DNA of 64,000 nucleotides from NCBI RefSeq assembly GCF_053078305.1, contig NZ_CP166879.1; one strand, 5' to 3'. Shown piece by piece: positions 62,699 to 64,000 of this stretch (position 1 is its first letter; each line of letters starts with the position of its first letter). The notes under the pieces were generated by a model. It saw only the letters and a program-made list of their open reading frames with translations, ran no database searches and was not told where the DNA came from. The position numbers and the translations under genes were made by a program.

Positions 62699-64000
62699 TA
62701 TCGTTCTGCCGTGAAAAGTGTTTGAATATCATCGCGTAACAGCTGAGCGTCGGTGTAAATCCAGCCGTGAGTCATCACAGTCTGCTGCAATTGCTGTTGC
62801 ATCAGCCTGACCACCGATTCATTTTGTTGACGCAGAGCCAGACTTTCGCGTAAACGCGTCTGTAATTCCGTCAAACATGAAGCGAACTCAGCGAAAAAAG
62901 TATTCATGCCTGCCGTAACAGATTCATCGACCTGCTCTGCCAGAACTTTAGCCATTTGTTGGCAATAAAGATCGACTTCTGCGCTTAATGCTCGTTGCAA
63001 CACACTGTAATCAACCGTTTCTGTCGGGGATTTCTCATTTCCCCGTCCCCAGTCAGGCTGATTCAACCAGCGCGAAAAAGTCTCACGCACAACGCCTAAA
63101 CGCGTGCTCTGCTCGTCCGTTGCTTCCTGGCGCGAAATGACTTCACTGAACAGCTGACGAGTGTTGAAGTGGGGAACTACGCCGTGAAAAACAGGAAAAT
63201 GAAACCCAGGACGAAACCCTGACTCGCTCAATTCCATTTTGACTTGTTGCTCAATGGGGCGAATAACATCGGTTAACACCCGGCAAAGGGTGGATTCAAG
63301 CTCGGCAAAACGCAGCGTAAAGTCGCGACTGATGGTGTTCTGCGCCGTCTGTAACAGTATCTCACAGCGGGTACGAATCTCGCTTAACGGCTCCGAATCA
63401 TCCTGAAACAACGCGGCTAACTGCGCCTTCAGCGCATCTTGCTGTTGACGCAGAAAGTGGTTGGCGGAGGTCAGGGCCAGCTCGATTTCATGTTTAATCT
63501 CGCCGCTCACCTGCGCCTGATTGAGTTGCAATAGCTGCAAACTTTCTTCGATCTGGTGGATATTTTGCCGCAATTGTTCACAAGCGACGTTTAACCCGTG
63601 CGCACGAAAATCCAGGTATTCCCGCGCCTGCTGCGCGTAATTCAACAGTTTATGCGCGGCAGATCGCAGAGCATACAACGAGGCGTTAGCGTAAGCGGCA
63701 TGAAGCAACATCTGAATTGGCTGGGCGAACAGCGAATCTTCCCACAACTGATCGGCAGCATGACGAATATGTTCAAGGTCCGCCAGATCGGCATGACGCC
63801 AGCGCCTGCCGAGCGCGGCATGGGCAAAATCTTCCACCCAGCGTTGTTGCTCTGGCGGTGGTAACTTACCGTTGTTGGCTAACTCATGGCGCGCCCGATT
63901 TGCCAGGTAGCCCCACATCGACGACACCGGAAATATCTGCTGTGGCGTAATACAGCCTTTCATCAGCGTCCCGGAAATCAGTGCCCGCACCTGGTCGGCG
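62695..64000 (-). CDS. yjdA: Dynamin-like protein YjdA (CrfC), C-terminal part (gene continues past window end)
   Basis: Continuous minus-strand frame to the window edge; coiled-coil-rich C-terminus; operon with yjcZ. Confidence 0.8.
   Translation of the reverse strand, partial: ADQVRALISGTLMKGCITPQQIFPVSSMWGYLANRARHELANNGKLPPPEQQRWVEDFAHAALGRRWRHADLADLEHIRHAADQLWEDSLFAQPIQMLLHAAYANASLYALRSAAHKLLNYAQQAREYLDFRAHGLNVACEQLRQNIHQIEESLQLLQLNQAQVSGEIKHEIELALTSANHFLRQQQDALKAQLAALFQDDSEPLSEIRTRCEILLQTAQNTISRDFTLRFAELESTLCRVLTDVIRPIEQQVKMELSESGFRPGFHFPVFHGVVPHFNTRQLFSEVISRQEATDEQSTRLGVVRETFSRWLNQPDWGRGNEKSPTETVDYSVLQRALSAEVDLYCQQMAKVLAEQVDESVTAGMNTFFAEFASCLTELQTRLRESLALRQQNESVVRLMQQQLQQTVMTHGWIYTDAQLLRDDIQTLFTAERY

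Noticed and set aside
1-64000. CRISPR arrays, rRNA, complete tRNA, IS transposases, integrase
   Set aside because: No regularly spaced repeat array, no rRNA-like sequence, only a 19-nt tRNA-Phe fragment, and no transposase or integrase-like ORF found on inspection

Overview
This window is an Escherichia coli-type chromosomal segment, reverse-complemented relative to the K-12 map as I recall it. Positions 1-29502 are the distal part of a large genomic island inserted at tRNA-Phe (pheU); the island continues past the window start, and no integrase or complete tRNA lies inside the window. It ends at a 19-bp copy of the tRNA-Phe 3' end (29484-29502), followed by the native pheU terminator and then conserved core genes. 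The island is mosaic: (i) a siderophore-microcin H47/I47 cluster (mchC partial, mchB, mchI, mchS3, mchS2, mchS1, mchA); (ii) a P4/CP4-like block with two AlpA regulators in opposite orientation, two Gp2/YfjJ-family paralogs flanking a Cys-rich 268-aa protein, a YfjI-like protein and several unknown ORFs; (iii) a CP4-44-like block (YeeP-like GTPase, Ag43/flu with its three-GATC phase switch, YeeR-like membrane protein, antirestriction, RadC-like, YeeT-like, CbeA/CbtA, YeeW-like) with an extra 214-aa gene inserted; (iv) a terminal unknown 288-aa gene plus parDE. The core (about 29.5-64 kb) is syntenic with K-12: cadC-cadBA, dtpC, lysU, ghoST, yjdJ/yjdI, dcuSR, dcuB-fumB, yjdF, melBA/melR, adiA-adiY-adiC, eptA-basRS, pmrR, proP, yjcZ and the 3' part of yjdA. 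I found no CRISPR array, rRNA or IS transposase. I could not single out one clearly novel system; the best candidates are the uncharacterised cargo genes in the island (findings 1, 3, 7 and 11 below). Names rest on sequence recall and gene context, not on database searches.
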